A stretch of DNA of 62,247 bases, the filler included, from Choristocarpus tenellus KU-1152 (Eukaryota > Protista > Phaeophyceae): assembly GCA_964200185.2 (NCBI GenBank). It is 9 parts of 9 records of this genome, joined end to end, with 100 filler letters (N's around TTAATTAATTAA, not from the genome) between each part and the next. Parts side by side here need not be neighbours in the genome. Positions count along the whole stretch, not along the records: positions 48,688 to 51,444 come from CAXNAD020025005.1; positions 51,545 to 57,190 come from CAXNAD020010149.1; positions 57,291 to 62,247 come from CAXNAD020012382.1; 6 more parts are not named here. One strand, 5' to 3'. Each line of letters starts with the position of its first letter. Positions within the stretch are counted from its first letter, which is position 1. Both the position numbers and the translations under genes were made by a program. The notes below the pieces were generated by a model, which was given only the letters and a program-made list of their open reading frames with translations, was not told the DNA's origin and did no database searches. Shown here in pieces: positions 51,301 to 62,247 of the stretch.

Positions 51301-51444
51301 CGAGGGGTGGACCTTGTCATGGATTTCGGTCGATTTGGTTATATGAGTAGCATCAACCCTGCATTATATATGTGCTGTTACAGGCGCCCCTCAATGCTCA
51401 CCTTCCAGGATGTACAACTCAAATCCAACGACCTTAAAACGATG

Positions 51445-51544
51445 NNNNNNNNNNNNNNNNNNNNNNNNNNNNNNNNNNNNNNNNNNNNTTAATTAATTAA
51501 NNNNNNNNNNNNNNNNNNNNNNNNNNNNNNNNNNNNNNNNNNNN
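51445..51544. other. Artificial contig linker
   Basis: N44-TTAATTAATTAA-N44. Confidence 0.99.
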
Positions 51545-51614
51545 CCAAAAATCGCGACATGAAAAAATTGACCCCAAATGGACAGCCGCCACCTCCTCCC
51601 AGATACTTTGAGAC
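51545..51614. mobile_element. MITE family B end at contig start
   Basis: CCCCAAATGGACAGCCGCC..CAGATACTTTGAGAC. Confidence 0.85.
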
Positions 51615-53028
51615 TCTACTCCCGAAGAACTGAAAAAAGCTCGGGATGATTTGAAGAAGGTTTTTCTAAAATGGATTTGTAAATACACAACTGATGCTTT
51701 CTGAACAAGTGGGATTACTAGATATTGTGACTAAATTCAGACCAGTCTTTTCATTGTCTGAAAATGAATTAGGTTGTTGCACCACTACTTCTGTTGATTT
51801 TCCACTACAACCAGGTACTAAGAACACCATATTGTGCGGCACCAGAAATACGCGACAATATTCGTCAGTATGTAACTGATACGGAAAAACAGGGCATTAC
51901 CAAACCCTCATCTAGCCCATGGATCTCCTCAGTTCTGTGTGGATCTTAGAGTAACCAGTAATAAACATTTGACACGTAAATCATGGCCATTGCCATCCAT
52001 GGACAAGCGTTTATCCACCTTGGGAGGTTCAATATTTATATTGTTTAGATATGCAGTCAACCTATTAGTAACTACCGATAACTGAGAAATGCGAACGACA
52101 AAAAATTGCATTCATCACACCAGGTGGGAAATATGAGTTTCAGATGTTACCACCCGGAGCCCAAAACGCATTGTGGATCTTCCAACGCTTCATGACTGAA
52201 ACCTGAAACGTTTCTATAATCTGTCATAGCCCTGAGGTATTGGTATATTTCAGACGATATTGTTTTGGTCTCTCCATCTTGGGCATGCCATAAACAGTTG
52301 ATCCCTGCAGTATTGTCAATGGTACATACGGTAGGGGTTACGTTAAAGCTATCCAAGGCTCAATTTTGCTCAAAGCAAATCCATTGTTTGGGACATGATG
52401 TTTGTTTATCCACAAGGAATAGCTATATCACAAGCTCGTATCGAAGCTACTTTAGAATTGCATCCCCCTCAAACTGTGAAAGGCATACAATCTTTCTTAG
52501 GCTCTATGGAGTTTGTCAGGAAGTACATTCCTCATGTAGAACAGCAACAGAGCCGCTAGTTTAATTGATTTGCCATACACAAAAGGGAGGTTGAAAAAGA
52601 GATCACACCACCCCAAAGAAACCCCCCCTGAGAAAAGCGATACCTCATCTAGATGGAATCGACCACAGCAAACTGCTTTTGACAAGTGCAAACGACTTCC
52701 AAGCATATCTTCAGTTCTGCACTTCCCTGATTTTTCTAAGGATTTTTTTCTACATTTAGATGCCAGTAATGTTGGGACAGAAAGGCGTTTTTGATCCAGA
52801 AAAGTGATGATGGCAATTTTGACATAATTGCATAACATAGTGCCTTACTTTTCCCCTCCTAACGGAAATATTCTACCACACAAAGGAGTGCCTTGCAGTT
52901 ATTCTGGCAATTCAACACTGGAGACCATATGTTTGGGGTAAACACTTGACAGTTATTAGTGACCATTCAGCCTTACGGTGACTGCATATGATGTAAGACA
53001 CGTCCAACCTGTAAACTCGATGGGCCTT

Positions 53029-53461
53029 GAGTGAAAATATCTTACTCAAAGTATCTAGGAGGGGGGGTGGGGTCTACACCAAAATCCATTCGGGACCTGA
53101 CCAGGAGACGTGGGCTTACATGATCCATCCGATGCATGCAACCAAATGACCCAAAACTCGTGACATGGAAAATTGGGCACCGTATGAACAGCCGCCACCC
53201 CCTCCCAGATACCTTTGAGCCTCTTAGAGGCTACGAGGTTTCCCCTGTTGGTCTATTTGGGGCTTTGATTCCCATGGTCTCTTTTTATGACATTTTCCTA
53301 CTCCAAAATGTTTCGCAGTAGGCAAAATTTATACATTTTGAAATGGTGTGTCCGTAACAAGGATGTTGACACTTCCTAATAGCCAAAATTACATCCAAAT
53401 CGCAACATTGGATTTTGGACCCCAAATGAACGCGGCTCTACCCTCTAAGATACTTTGACTC
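53029..53461. mobile_element. MITE family A inserted in gypsy pol
   Basis: CTT|GAGTGAAAATATCT ... AAGATACTTTGACTC|CTT; removing it restores TRWALALPSVDF. Confidence 0.92.
53043..53221. mobile_element. MITE family B inserted in the TIR of MITE A
   Basis: TCT|TACTCAAAGTATCT ... AGATACCTTTGAGCC|TCT; removing it restores the A terminus GAGTGAAAATATCTTAGAGG. Confidence 0.9.
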
Positions 53462-56409
53462 CTTAGCTCTGCCAAGTGTTGATTTTACCGTTCTTCATAA
53501 GCCTGGGAGATTACACTACACCCCAGATATGTTGTCACGTCCTCCACTAGAAGAATTGTGTAAACATGAACCTGAACCAGCACCCCTAAGACCTATATGT
53601 CGAAATGTGGGCACAGGAATCACTGATGTAATTTCTCAAGCAAGTAAGGTATACTCTGCCTATGAATTGTCTGTGGATCGATTAGGTGAAATCACTAAGG
53701 TGGCAAATGACCCTGAGCTCTTTGTTTGCTCCATCAATGTTTTTCCAGTACTTGATACTGAAGTTCTAGCCAAAGTCGAACATGATCAATTTGGAGCATA
53801 TTTTCAATACCTGACAGACCGGAGTACTGCAACATTACCCGGTAAGGAAATGGCCTACATCATGTCATATTTTTTCACACAAGAGCGAGAGAAGAAAATT
53901 TTACTCTACCGGTCTTACCAACCTGGTCATATTCGAAAAAATGGAGAATTTTGTGATCAGTTAGTAGCCCCAACAGAAGTTCAGGGTTTAATTTTTGATA
54001 TCCTACATGACCATAAAGTTGCCGGCCATCTTGCTTTCCAACACACGTTTGACCGTGTTTGAGATAGATTTTGGTGGCCGACCTACATAAGGATGTTAGG
54101 AAGTCGTGTAAAACTTGCCAGTCATATCAAAGACGGAAGACCCCTCACACTCTTACTACACTACCTACTGGACACACGCCTGTTACACGTCCATTTCTAA
54201 GACTTGCTATTGGCTTACTTAGTTAAGTATAAGACCACGTCAGATGGTGCAAAATATGTGTTATCTGCTATAGACCATCTTACAAGATTCGCAGTCATGG
54301 TTGGCAATTGCAAATAAGCAAGAAAAAATCGTGACTAAATCTCCTATCGACTGTATTTTTTCCATCTTTGGTCCTCTCGAAACACTCCACTCTGACCAAG
54401 GCAGAGAATTTGAGAATAAACTCCGGGATGAGTTGCGTCAAGTGTATGGATCTCACAAAACCAAGACAACAGCATATCGACCGCAAGGCCATAGTATATG
54501 TGAACGTATTCATTCAGCAATGCATGGTATGCTGGCCATGTATTCAAATATGGACCAATCTGACTGGGCCTCATTATTGCCTTTTGTACAGCTAGCACAC
54601 AATACAGCCCATAATACCACTGTTCAGGAAACCCCATTTTTTCTCATGTTTGGGAGGTGTCCAATTTTACCAATTGATCTTATCTTGGGGGTCCCTGAGG
54701 CCACCCCCATATCTGCACAAGAATACAGTGTGAAAACAGTGAAGAATTTACAGCTAGCCTATGAATTAGCCCGGCGTAATATTGGTGAGATGACTTTAAG
54801 AAACGAATCAAAGCACGTGAATCATAAACTCCCATTATATGATCCTGGAGATAAGTGTGGGTTCACAACCTCAGCTGATGCAACCGAACCCCAAGTTATT
54901 GTCCCCATGGAGTGGACCTTATGAAATGAAGGAACATGTAGCATATAGCGCTCATCTATTAGATGAATTGAGGCTTGTGGGGTAGAAAGATAGCTCTTAT
55001 TCGGAGATACAAACACAGATTGGTTCTATCCGTGAGAAGCATGCATATTATTCAAAATATACTTTACCTTTTTTTTAATACAAATGCACATATAATAAAA
55101 TATTTGAAGCCCAGCTTCTCTGGTTGTCCAAGCAACTTGGAGGTAAGTTGTTGAACAAGAGGTGATAGTAAGGGATGATGAGTTTTCCAACCACCTTTGG
55201 CACTATCCCCACAACACTCTCCAATAGATGACTTGATATACCAAAGCTGTGGTGATACTGAGCTTCTTCCACTCAGATCCCTGGGAGACACGTAGGAGAT
55301 AGCAGGTCCACGCCATTTTCTCACTGTGCTTTCCACCCGTTAACACAGATTTCACTTGGACTAGAGTGCGATATTTTTCATTTTTCTTTGCCCTGAGTTG
55401 ATTCAACCAGGATGTTTATATTGTTTTTTTCCCTCCCAAAGATGGACCTGTCAACAGAAGTTCTGGCCTGCCACTTTTGTGTTTGTGCCAGATAGAATCC
55501 ACACTGGGGGGGAGGGGGGTCATGCCACAGAGACGTTGCCTCTTGGGGATCTACCAACATAGATGAGGACAATACGCACGGCCATATCCATTTGCGCGCG
55601 TCACCTTTTGCCATTGAGGCCAGGCCAAGTGATGTGTGGGTCAGATGCACAACTAGCATGCGGTAACCCCAATATGAACGGCGGATTCAAACCAGGAAAG
55701 CCTGAGATTGTGTTTTCTGTTCTAACTCGTCACAACCAATCACAGTGGAGATTGATCCATATGGTACTCTGAGGCTGTCAACATACACTATCATACCCCA
55801 GTCTCATCTTTCGCTTCCTCTCTGAACCTCATCTCTGGTGGTTCTCATTACCCCCCAAGGAAAAAAACATTATTTAATGGGATGTAGGAACTTTTGTCCT
55901 CAAGTACATTATTATATTTTTTCCCTCGTACATTGCATATTCTTGTTCGGGTTGGTTTATTGCATGCCAAACGTTCCTCAAAAATAGGTCTACGTTGCGA
56001 TTTTAATTACCAACTCTCGACCCAAACGTTTAAACCAACCTCTACGTACAACTATACACAACAGCAAGTAGCACTAAAAAAATACAAAATAGAAGCGTCT
56101 TTTACAGAATGGCATTAAAAAAATCACAGATACGCCAAGCGGTTAAATACATGCCCAGCAAACAAGTCATTAAAAACACTCGAGAGAAACATCGCCTAGG
56201 TTCCTGCAAACTACATATTTTGCACTCTATTCACAGTAAACCTTGCCACCAATGCGCAGAGGCCCTTTCGACGATTGAGAAGAACGATGGATATTTCGGG
56301 GAACCCTTAAATTGTAACCCAGCCTACCTCTCAGCAGGTTGGCCTCTTGTTAAACAGTCACCGAGGAGCTGCATTTCAATATGCATATATATATATATAT
56401 ATATCTTTC

Positions 56410-56960
56410 TGCAGGTGATGTACCTATTCTCTAACCTTCAAAGATAAGCTACAATAATACAGGAAAATTTCATTTCTAGTGTGATGTGCGAATTTCGTAA
56501 CCGTGAAAGAGGAGCTAAAGCACAACACATATTATTTTCTATCACGATGTACCCATTATCAGACCTTCAAAGATAAGGTACAGCGCAATATATATACCTC
56601 CAAGTATATTTCTCTACTGTGATTTAAGTACTATCTAACCTTCAAGGATAAGTGACATTTCGAAATTTCATTTCTAGTGATACATATCCTATTTTGTAAC
56701 CATCAGAGACATGATGCATTGCGTTATATTGAGTGATGTACGTATTGTCTAACCTTCGAAGACAAGTTCAACAACCAGAGGTTGACTTTTTCTATTGTGA
56801 TATATCTACTGCAACCTGCAAAGATAAGGTACATTAAGTGTTCTTTAATTACAGGATTTACCCCGAAAATGTGAAAGTATATTGTTTTCTCTAGTGCATA
56901 TACGTTAACCTTCAAAGATGGTATACATTATGAGAGTTGCTCAGTTCTAGTCTGATGTTC
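56410..56960. repeat. Degenerate ~55-75-bp tandem repeat array
   Basis: AACCTTCAAAGATAAG-like core near 56433, 56563, 56637, 56751, 56813 and 56907, with interleaved TTCTA(G/C/T)TGTGAT. Confidence 0.75.
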
Positions 56961-57190
56961 TGTACCGGTTATCCAAGCATCGAACATAGCTGCATCAGGA
57001 GAGTGGATCATTTCTAGACTGATGTAAAACATGATAATGTAAACCGCTGTAGGGCTGGATGTTCAGCACTTCTTAAATTTGTCTTCTGATGGGGTCAAAG
57101 CACAGGGGTCATTGAAACTAAGGGTGTTGTATTGGCACCAAAGTTTCCGCTAGAGGACTCTACAGGTACAGGTAAGGTTCAAAGTATCTG

Positions 57191-57290
57191 NNNNNNNNNN
57201 NNNNNNNNNNNNNNNNNNNNNNNNNNNNNNNNNNTTAATTAATTAANNNNNNNNNNNNNNNNNNNNNNNNNNNNNNNNNNNNNNNNNNNN
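57191..57290. other. Artificial contig linker
   Basis: N44-TTAATTAATTAA-N44. Confidence 0.99.
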
Positions 57291-57351
57291 TTGTTGTTTT
57301 TTTTGTTTGTGTGTGTGTTTGTTGTTTTGTTGTGGGTTTTTGGGTTGTTGT

Positions 57352-57384
<33 letters not shown>

Positions 57385-57980
57385 GGTCGCAGGTTTTTGT
57401 TGATTTATTTCATTGGTGCAGGCATGGAAGGGGATACGCGGCAATGTTTGGAAACCTTTGGTAATGTGTGTAGCGCTGTTCTGAGTCCTGGTGGGTTATA
57501 GGGTTGAAGGTGTAACTGTCGTTGGTTTCAAATTGTGTAACTGTAATATTGATAACGGTAGTGATAGGTTCTTACAACTATGTGCTGTTTATTTAGTTTT
57601 ATTGCTAGTTTTACTGTGCTACAGTGGGTAAGGAGGGTTTGGGTTAGGGGTTGTTACCATGGACTGTTTTTACTGTTGACTACCAGGCCTTCTACCTGTG
57701 TTGACCCCAATTGCCACCACCTCTTACAAGTCTTTAAGATGTCTAAAGGGTTGAAAGGGTTCAATGTATTAATATGATGTTGTTACTTGCTATTTAACCA
57801 TAGTTGTGTGTTTTTATATGTGCTTCCCCCCCCACCACCACCACCACCACCTTTAATACAAGAGTCATGAGCACCTCTTCAACGCTATCCTCTTCTGTTG
57901 TATTGTATTTATGTGTGTTGTTATGTATGTTATTATGTATGTTATATATATGTGTGTTGTGACATCACCATCGCTATTAG

Positions 57981-60931
57981 GTTCTCAAGAGGGAGGTCAT
58001 CCGTACCCAAGAGAGTGGAATGGAGAAAGGCTCTCAGTACCGTACGTTGCTTGTACAGGCCATACATGGATGCGCTATCAAGTTCCATGACGTGGCAGAG
58101 AGGTGATTAGCACTGTTCAACACACACACTCACTAATTCACACGTCTCGTCTAACAGTGGCATCGTTTTTCAGGCCCTAACCCTAAGGTGTGCTGCTATT
58201 TTTAGTACGATTATTATTATCATTATTATTATTCTGCAAGTGCATGTCTCTTTCGAGACATTTTATTGGTCTGTGGTATGTATCTCTGACCGCCCTGGAC
58301 CGGCTCTATTCAAAATATTTCTCACTGGGACTGGACTGGCCTGTGACCCAATCCGGTCCGGTCCGGTACGATGCGCCTCTGAAAGGTTGTACTGTGCAAT
58401 AGAGCCAGTTCAGGAATCGTTCTGCTTCTTCTGCACCGGCTCTTGTATACTAGGTATATCACTTTTCCCTGGCCTTTCGAGAATTTTTTTTTTGTGCCTG
58501 TTACTATATATTTTGTATTATATTTTTCTTGTGTTTTTTTTATGTGATGGAATGTGATGTATGCTGTGTGTGTGTGATTGTGATTGTGTAAAGCGTGGTG
58601 GATGTGCTGATGGAGTTCCTAAACGGGGATGGCGCCATGGACGTGATCTTGTTCCTGCGGAGTATTGTGGAGCAATACGAGGTGAGCAAGAGAGTTCGTA
58701 GTGAAGGTGTACAGGCGTTGTGTGTGTGTGTGTGTGCGTGCTGGTTGGAGGTTCCCATGGAGGCAGGAGAGGGGTAGGGTTAGGGTTGCGTGTGTTGGTT
58801 GAAAGTTCTCGTGGAGGTAGGGTTAGGGTTAGGGTTAGAATTGTTTTATGGACAGTGGTTGGAGTGTGCATCTATGACATTCACTATGTTGGTCAACAGC
58901 ACCATAACACTAGAGGGTACGGCAATCAGGAACGCATTTTTGGTGATGTTTTCTGAGTTGTATTTTTTGTGCGGTCTACGGCTATCCCTAACCCTAACCC
59001 TGCAGCAAGCTAGGCGGTAGGTGAAGGAGGTATTTCCTACCTTACTTGCATTGTGGAGCATCACAAGTGTTTTTGAAGTAAAAGGGGCTTTTGATTTTTG
59101 TTGGCATTATGATGTGATGTTTTAATGTGAAACATCAGTGGGCGTTGATATTTTATCTGTAGGGTTAGGGTTAGGTCTATATGTGCAATGTCGTACCGCT
59201 CTGCCCTAACCCTAACCCTATCACTCCTGATTTCAACACAAAGAGTGGAAGAATGTGGAAATTTTTGTGTAGGTAGGTGACTAGACTGTGGAAAAAAAAA
59301 AAAGTGCTTCTGTTTTTTTTTAACGCTTGAGGGTGAGCACACTAGTAACGTTGGCCAATACTGTACTGTACTGTACTGTACTAGTGGTACTGTATAACAA
59401 CACTAACAATAACAATAACAACGATGTATTATATGTATTATATTTTCTATTTAACCATTTTGATGCGGTTCTTTTTTAACCTTTTTGTGTGTGTATTTCG
59501 TTTGTTTGTTTTTTTGAGGGACTGCGCCCGTCGGTGGTGTCTAAACTGATCTATTCCATCAAGGATATGCGTAGCAGTAATGTCATTGCCGTTGCGCTTT
59601 GGATCCTGGGGGAGTACTGCGAGGTGAGAAAATGGTTTTAGTAAAATATCTTTTGAGCATATTCCTATTGAGGGGTCTTGGCTGTGGTGCATCCTCTATT
59701 GAGGGGTGAGATACGTGATACACTGTTAACGATGTTGTTGTTTTTTGTACAAAGTTTTTTTTTGTCATTGTTCAAGTTTTTGGGGGGTTTTATGCTGATG
59801 TGTTAGGGTTAGGGTTAGGGTTATAGGACCTTTGCTGTGTGGAGATGCCCCCTAGGAGATGGAGGCTGACTCTTATGCTGTCCTCACCCCCAAAGTTGTT
59901 TAGGGTTAGGGTTAGATCTGAAAATGTCTGGTCGTTCCACCCTGCCATGTTAGTTGTAACTGCCATCATCGTCTTCAAGAGTCGTCATAACATAACACAC
60001 AACTAACACACAAGAAGTGTGTTATGACTGTAGTGGTGGAGTGCTCAGTGTTGAGAAAAAGTGGTCTTTATTTATTGATATATTTATTTTCCCCCCCTTT
60101 TTCATGCTTGCACTGGCTCTATTGATAAAAATCGAAAGTTACTGTAGTGGGTGATGGGATGCTGAAAGAGCGTAGGTGATCCTTCTTTTTTTTTAACTTT
60201 TTTAGTATATATATATATATATATATATTGAACTCCAACAAGTGATTTATGTCCTGCTGTGAATCTAACCCTGTGAGGACAGGATGCAGAGGCCATTGGG
60301 AGTGCCTTCAAAGAACTTCAGGAGGCAGTAGGCCCTCCCAATTTTGATTCAGAAAGCCCTTCCACTGGAACTGATGGGGTTGCTGGGGGAGAGGCAGGGG
60401 AGTCTGGGGCACCTTCTGGGGGAAGTACTACTGTTACCAAGAATGTGGTTCTTTCAGATGGGACATACGCCACCCAGACAACAGTGATTGGTCAGACTTG
60501 GAGGGGATGGGCTGGGGGGGGGGAGTTATTGTGTATTATATTGTGTGTTGATGTTGTAAGGTTAGGGTTTGAGGGTTTTAGGATTAGGGTGATGATTGTC
60601 TTGTTTTGGGGGTAGGGAGGAGAAGCTGGGAGGGTGGGAAATGCACTCTAAGAGGAAGTTGGGGGGATGTTTTTGTGTGTTTCTTGTCTTTCCCTCTTTG
60701 TTGGCAGTTAAATTAAAGGCTTGGCCTCCTTACCGCCTGCTTGGTTTTACTAAATCCCTCGCAGGCAGCACATCGGTGGTGGTGGAAGATAAGGGGGTAC
60801 AGGCTATCAGAAAGCTTTTGTTGGGTGGAGACCTATTCCTTGGGTCATCCCTGTCTGCATGTCTGACAAAGATGACACTGAGGGTCATGGACCTTTTGGG
60901 GGACACTTCTGCCGCAGCAAAGGACATGCAG
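57981..60931 (+). CDS. COPB1: Coatomer subunit beta (beta-COP), internal exons
   Basis: GT-AG exons 57981-58102 (VLKREVIRTQ...YRTLLVQAIHGCAIKF), 58594-58681 (VVDVLMEFL...), 59519-59623 (ALWILGEYCE), 60283-60490 (VLSDGTYATQT) and 60765-60931 (GDLFLGSSLSACLTK) splice in frame and carry beta-COP signature motifs. Confidence 0.95.
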
Positions 60932-62247
60932 GTAGGGTTAGGGTTAGGGTTGTGTGTGCAGTGACTTATCGTTGTTGTTCTGTGCCTCTTCCCACTTATC
61001 TTTGTCTGTTTTTTGGATACATAAAAATAAGAATGTTTGGCAGTGTGGGTGAAATTGTCTCTTTATTATTATTATTATTATTGTTGAAGAACAGGAGTTT
61101 TTGCTGGAAGGGTCCCAAAACACTGGTTGTTGTTGTTGGTGTGGTGTGTTGTAAGAAACTTGGCAACTTGAGTTCATTGTATCACAGCCAGTGTGTTTGT
61201 TGATACTATGTGGCGGAGACATGTTGATGGGTGATGAGTGTTGACATGCGATGGTCTACTCCGCTAAAGATGGGTGTTGAGGGGGCTCTGGAGGTGTAGG
61301 GTTAGAGATCTGGGGGCCACAGTACAAACTTTCATTAAAAACATTAAAATTCCGTCTAAAGCATGTAAAAAATATATATATAGTCTCGTTATAAACAATA
61401 CAAATCTCTTAAATAAAAAAGTGAAAAGTTATATTGTCCGTCAAAACCTGCCTGTGTACTCCTAGTAAAAAGTTATTGGAGTTTTTTATTTTTACTCTTT
61501 AGTGGTTTCTGTTGTTGTTGTAAGAGTTTATTTTCAAATATCGTATGTACTGCACTTCAGTTCAAGTGTTGGAAGAGCATGGTATGTTCCCACAAGAAAT
61601 AAAAGAAATAAAACCGATTGATGTGTCTTATTGACGGATGGATGATGTAGAGGATGTGCAGATGACCTGACCCTCTTGTCACCTCTTTTATTTTATTTAT
61701 TTTCAGTGTTGTACGTATGGATCAAGGGGTGAACCGACTTCTCTGTTCCAAGAATGAACAAACAAACAAAAATAATAAAAGGAACTGTATTTTTTATTTT
61801 TTTGAATTGCCTTGAGAGATAGAATTATTATTATTGTTAGGTAGTGACTAGATAGTGACTGCTATTTGGGGGCAGCTAGCGAGTATATGAGCAAATGAGT
61901 GTTGTCTGTCTGGGTGTGTCACACCATGTCACAACATGTCACACCCTATGCACCTATGTTTTTGTCTGTGTCATTATCCCACTGTTTTTTGCTTGCGTGA
62001 TGTTATTATTATTATTATGTAACTGACATAACTATTGCAATAGTGCCCGAGAAGGCCGTTAGTCCCAAAATAATAATAATAATAATAATCTTACACTGGG
62101 GTTAACACTGGGGTTTTTTGTTTGTTTGTTTGTTGATGTGACGATTGATGTGAATTGATGTGACTATTGATGTGTTCCCCGTCGTTGATTGGTTGTATAG
62201 CGACTCAAACGTCTTAGAGAGGTACACAGGGTTTTTTCTGGGGGGGG

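Larger units (their letters stand above)
51650..55520 (+). mobile_element. Decayed Ty3/gypsy LTR retrotransposon pol (RT-RNase H-integrase)
   Basis: RT motifs FITPGGKYEFQMLP and YISDDIV; RNase H motifs HFPDFSKDFFLHLDASNVG, QHWRPYVWGK and HKPGRLHYTPDMLSR; integrase motifs HDHKVAGHL, LHSDQGREFEN and TTAYRPQGHSICER. Domain order is gypsy. Candidate PPT at 55506-55519. Confidence 0.93.

Noticed and set aside
31774-53221. Recurring short ORFs such as GGGVYTRVSI / PKWTAATP / SQAPNGQTGQ
   Set aside because: These are translations of non-coding MITE sequence, not a protein family.
56410-56960. CRISPR array
   Set aside because: Repeats are degenerate, spacers are related to each other, there are no cas genes, and the context is eukaryotic.
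563-60931. Apparent cluster of NLE1, eIF4G, MORN, C2 and COPB1 genes as a functional system
   Set aside because: The genes lie on different contigs joined by linkers, so adjacency is not evidence of linkage.
61188-61245. Further COPB1 exon (PVCLLILCG...)
   Set aside because: There is a plausible acceptor but no convincing beta-COP motif or donor; left uncalled.

Overview
Eukaryotic, intron-rich, repeat-dense genomic DNA. It is not one locus: nine contigs are joined by eight artificial 100-bp linkers (N44-TTAATTAATTAA-N44). Gene style and TTAGGG motifs suggest an ochrophyte/brown-alga-like stramenopile (inference only). Spliced, mostly partial genes are Notchless/NLE1 (+), a low-complexity hypothetical gene (-), the MIF4G region of eIF4G (-), a MORN-repeat gene (-), a large multi-C2-domain gene (-) and coatomer beta/COPB1 (+). 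Between and inside them are decayed Ty1/copia, Ty3/gypsy, LINE-like and Tc1/mariner (DD39D/Stowaway-type) elements, tandem repeats, and about 20 copies of three MITE families that share a CAAAGTATCT terminal core. Three observations stand out. (1) A ~250-bp bacterial brnQ-like fragment, resembling Rickettsiales sequences, sits in an eIF4G intron between two copies of a 46-bp duplication of the exon end and splice donor. (2) The MITE group makes both 3-bp and 4-bp target-site duplications and nests in its own TIRs. (3) Telomere-like TTAGGG/GGGGTT tracts occur in the introns of only two genes, mostly on the sense strand, and in two cases start at the 5' splice site. All calls are by eye; no searches were run.
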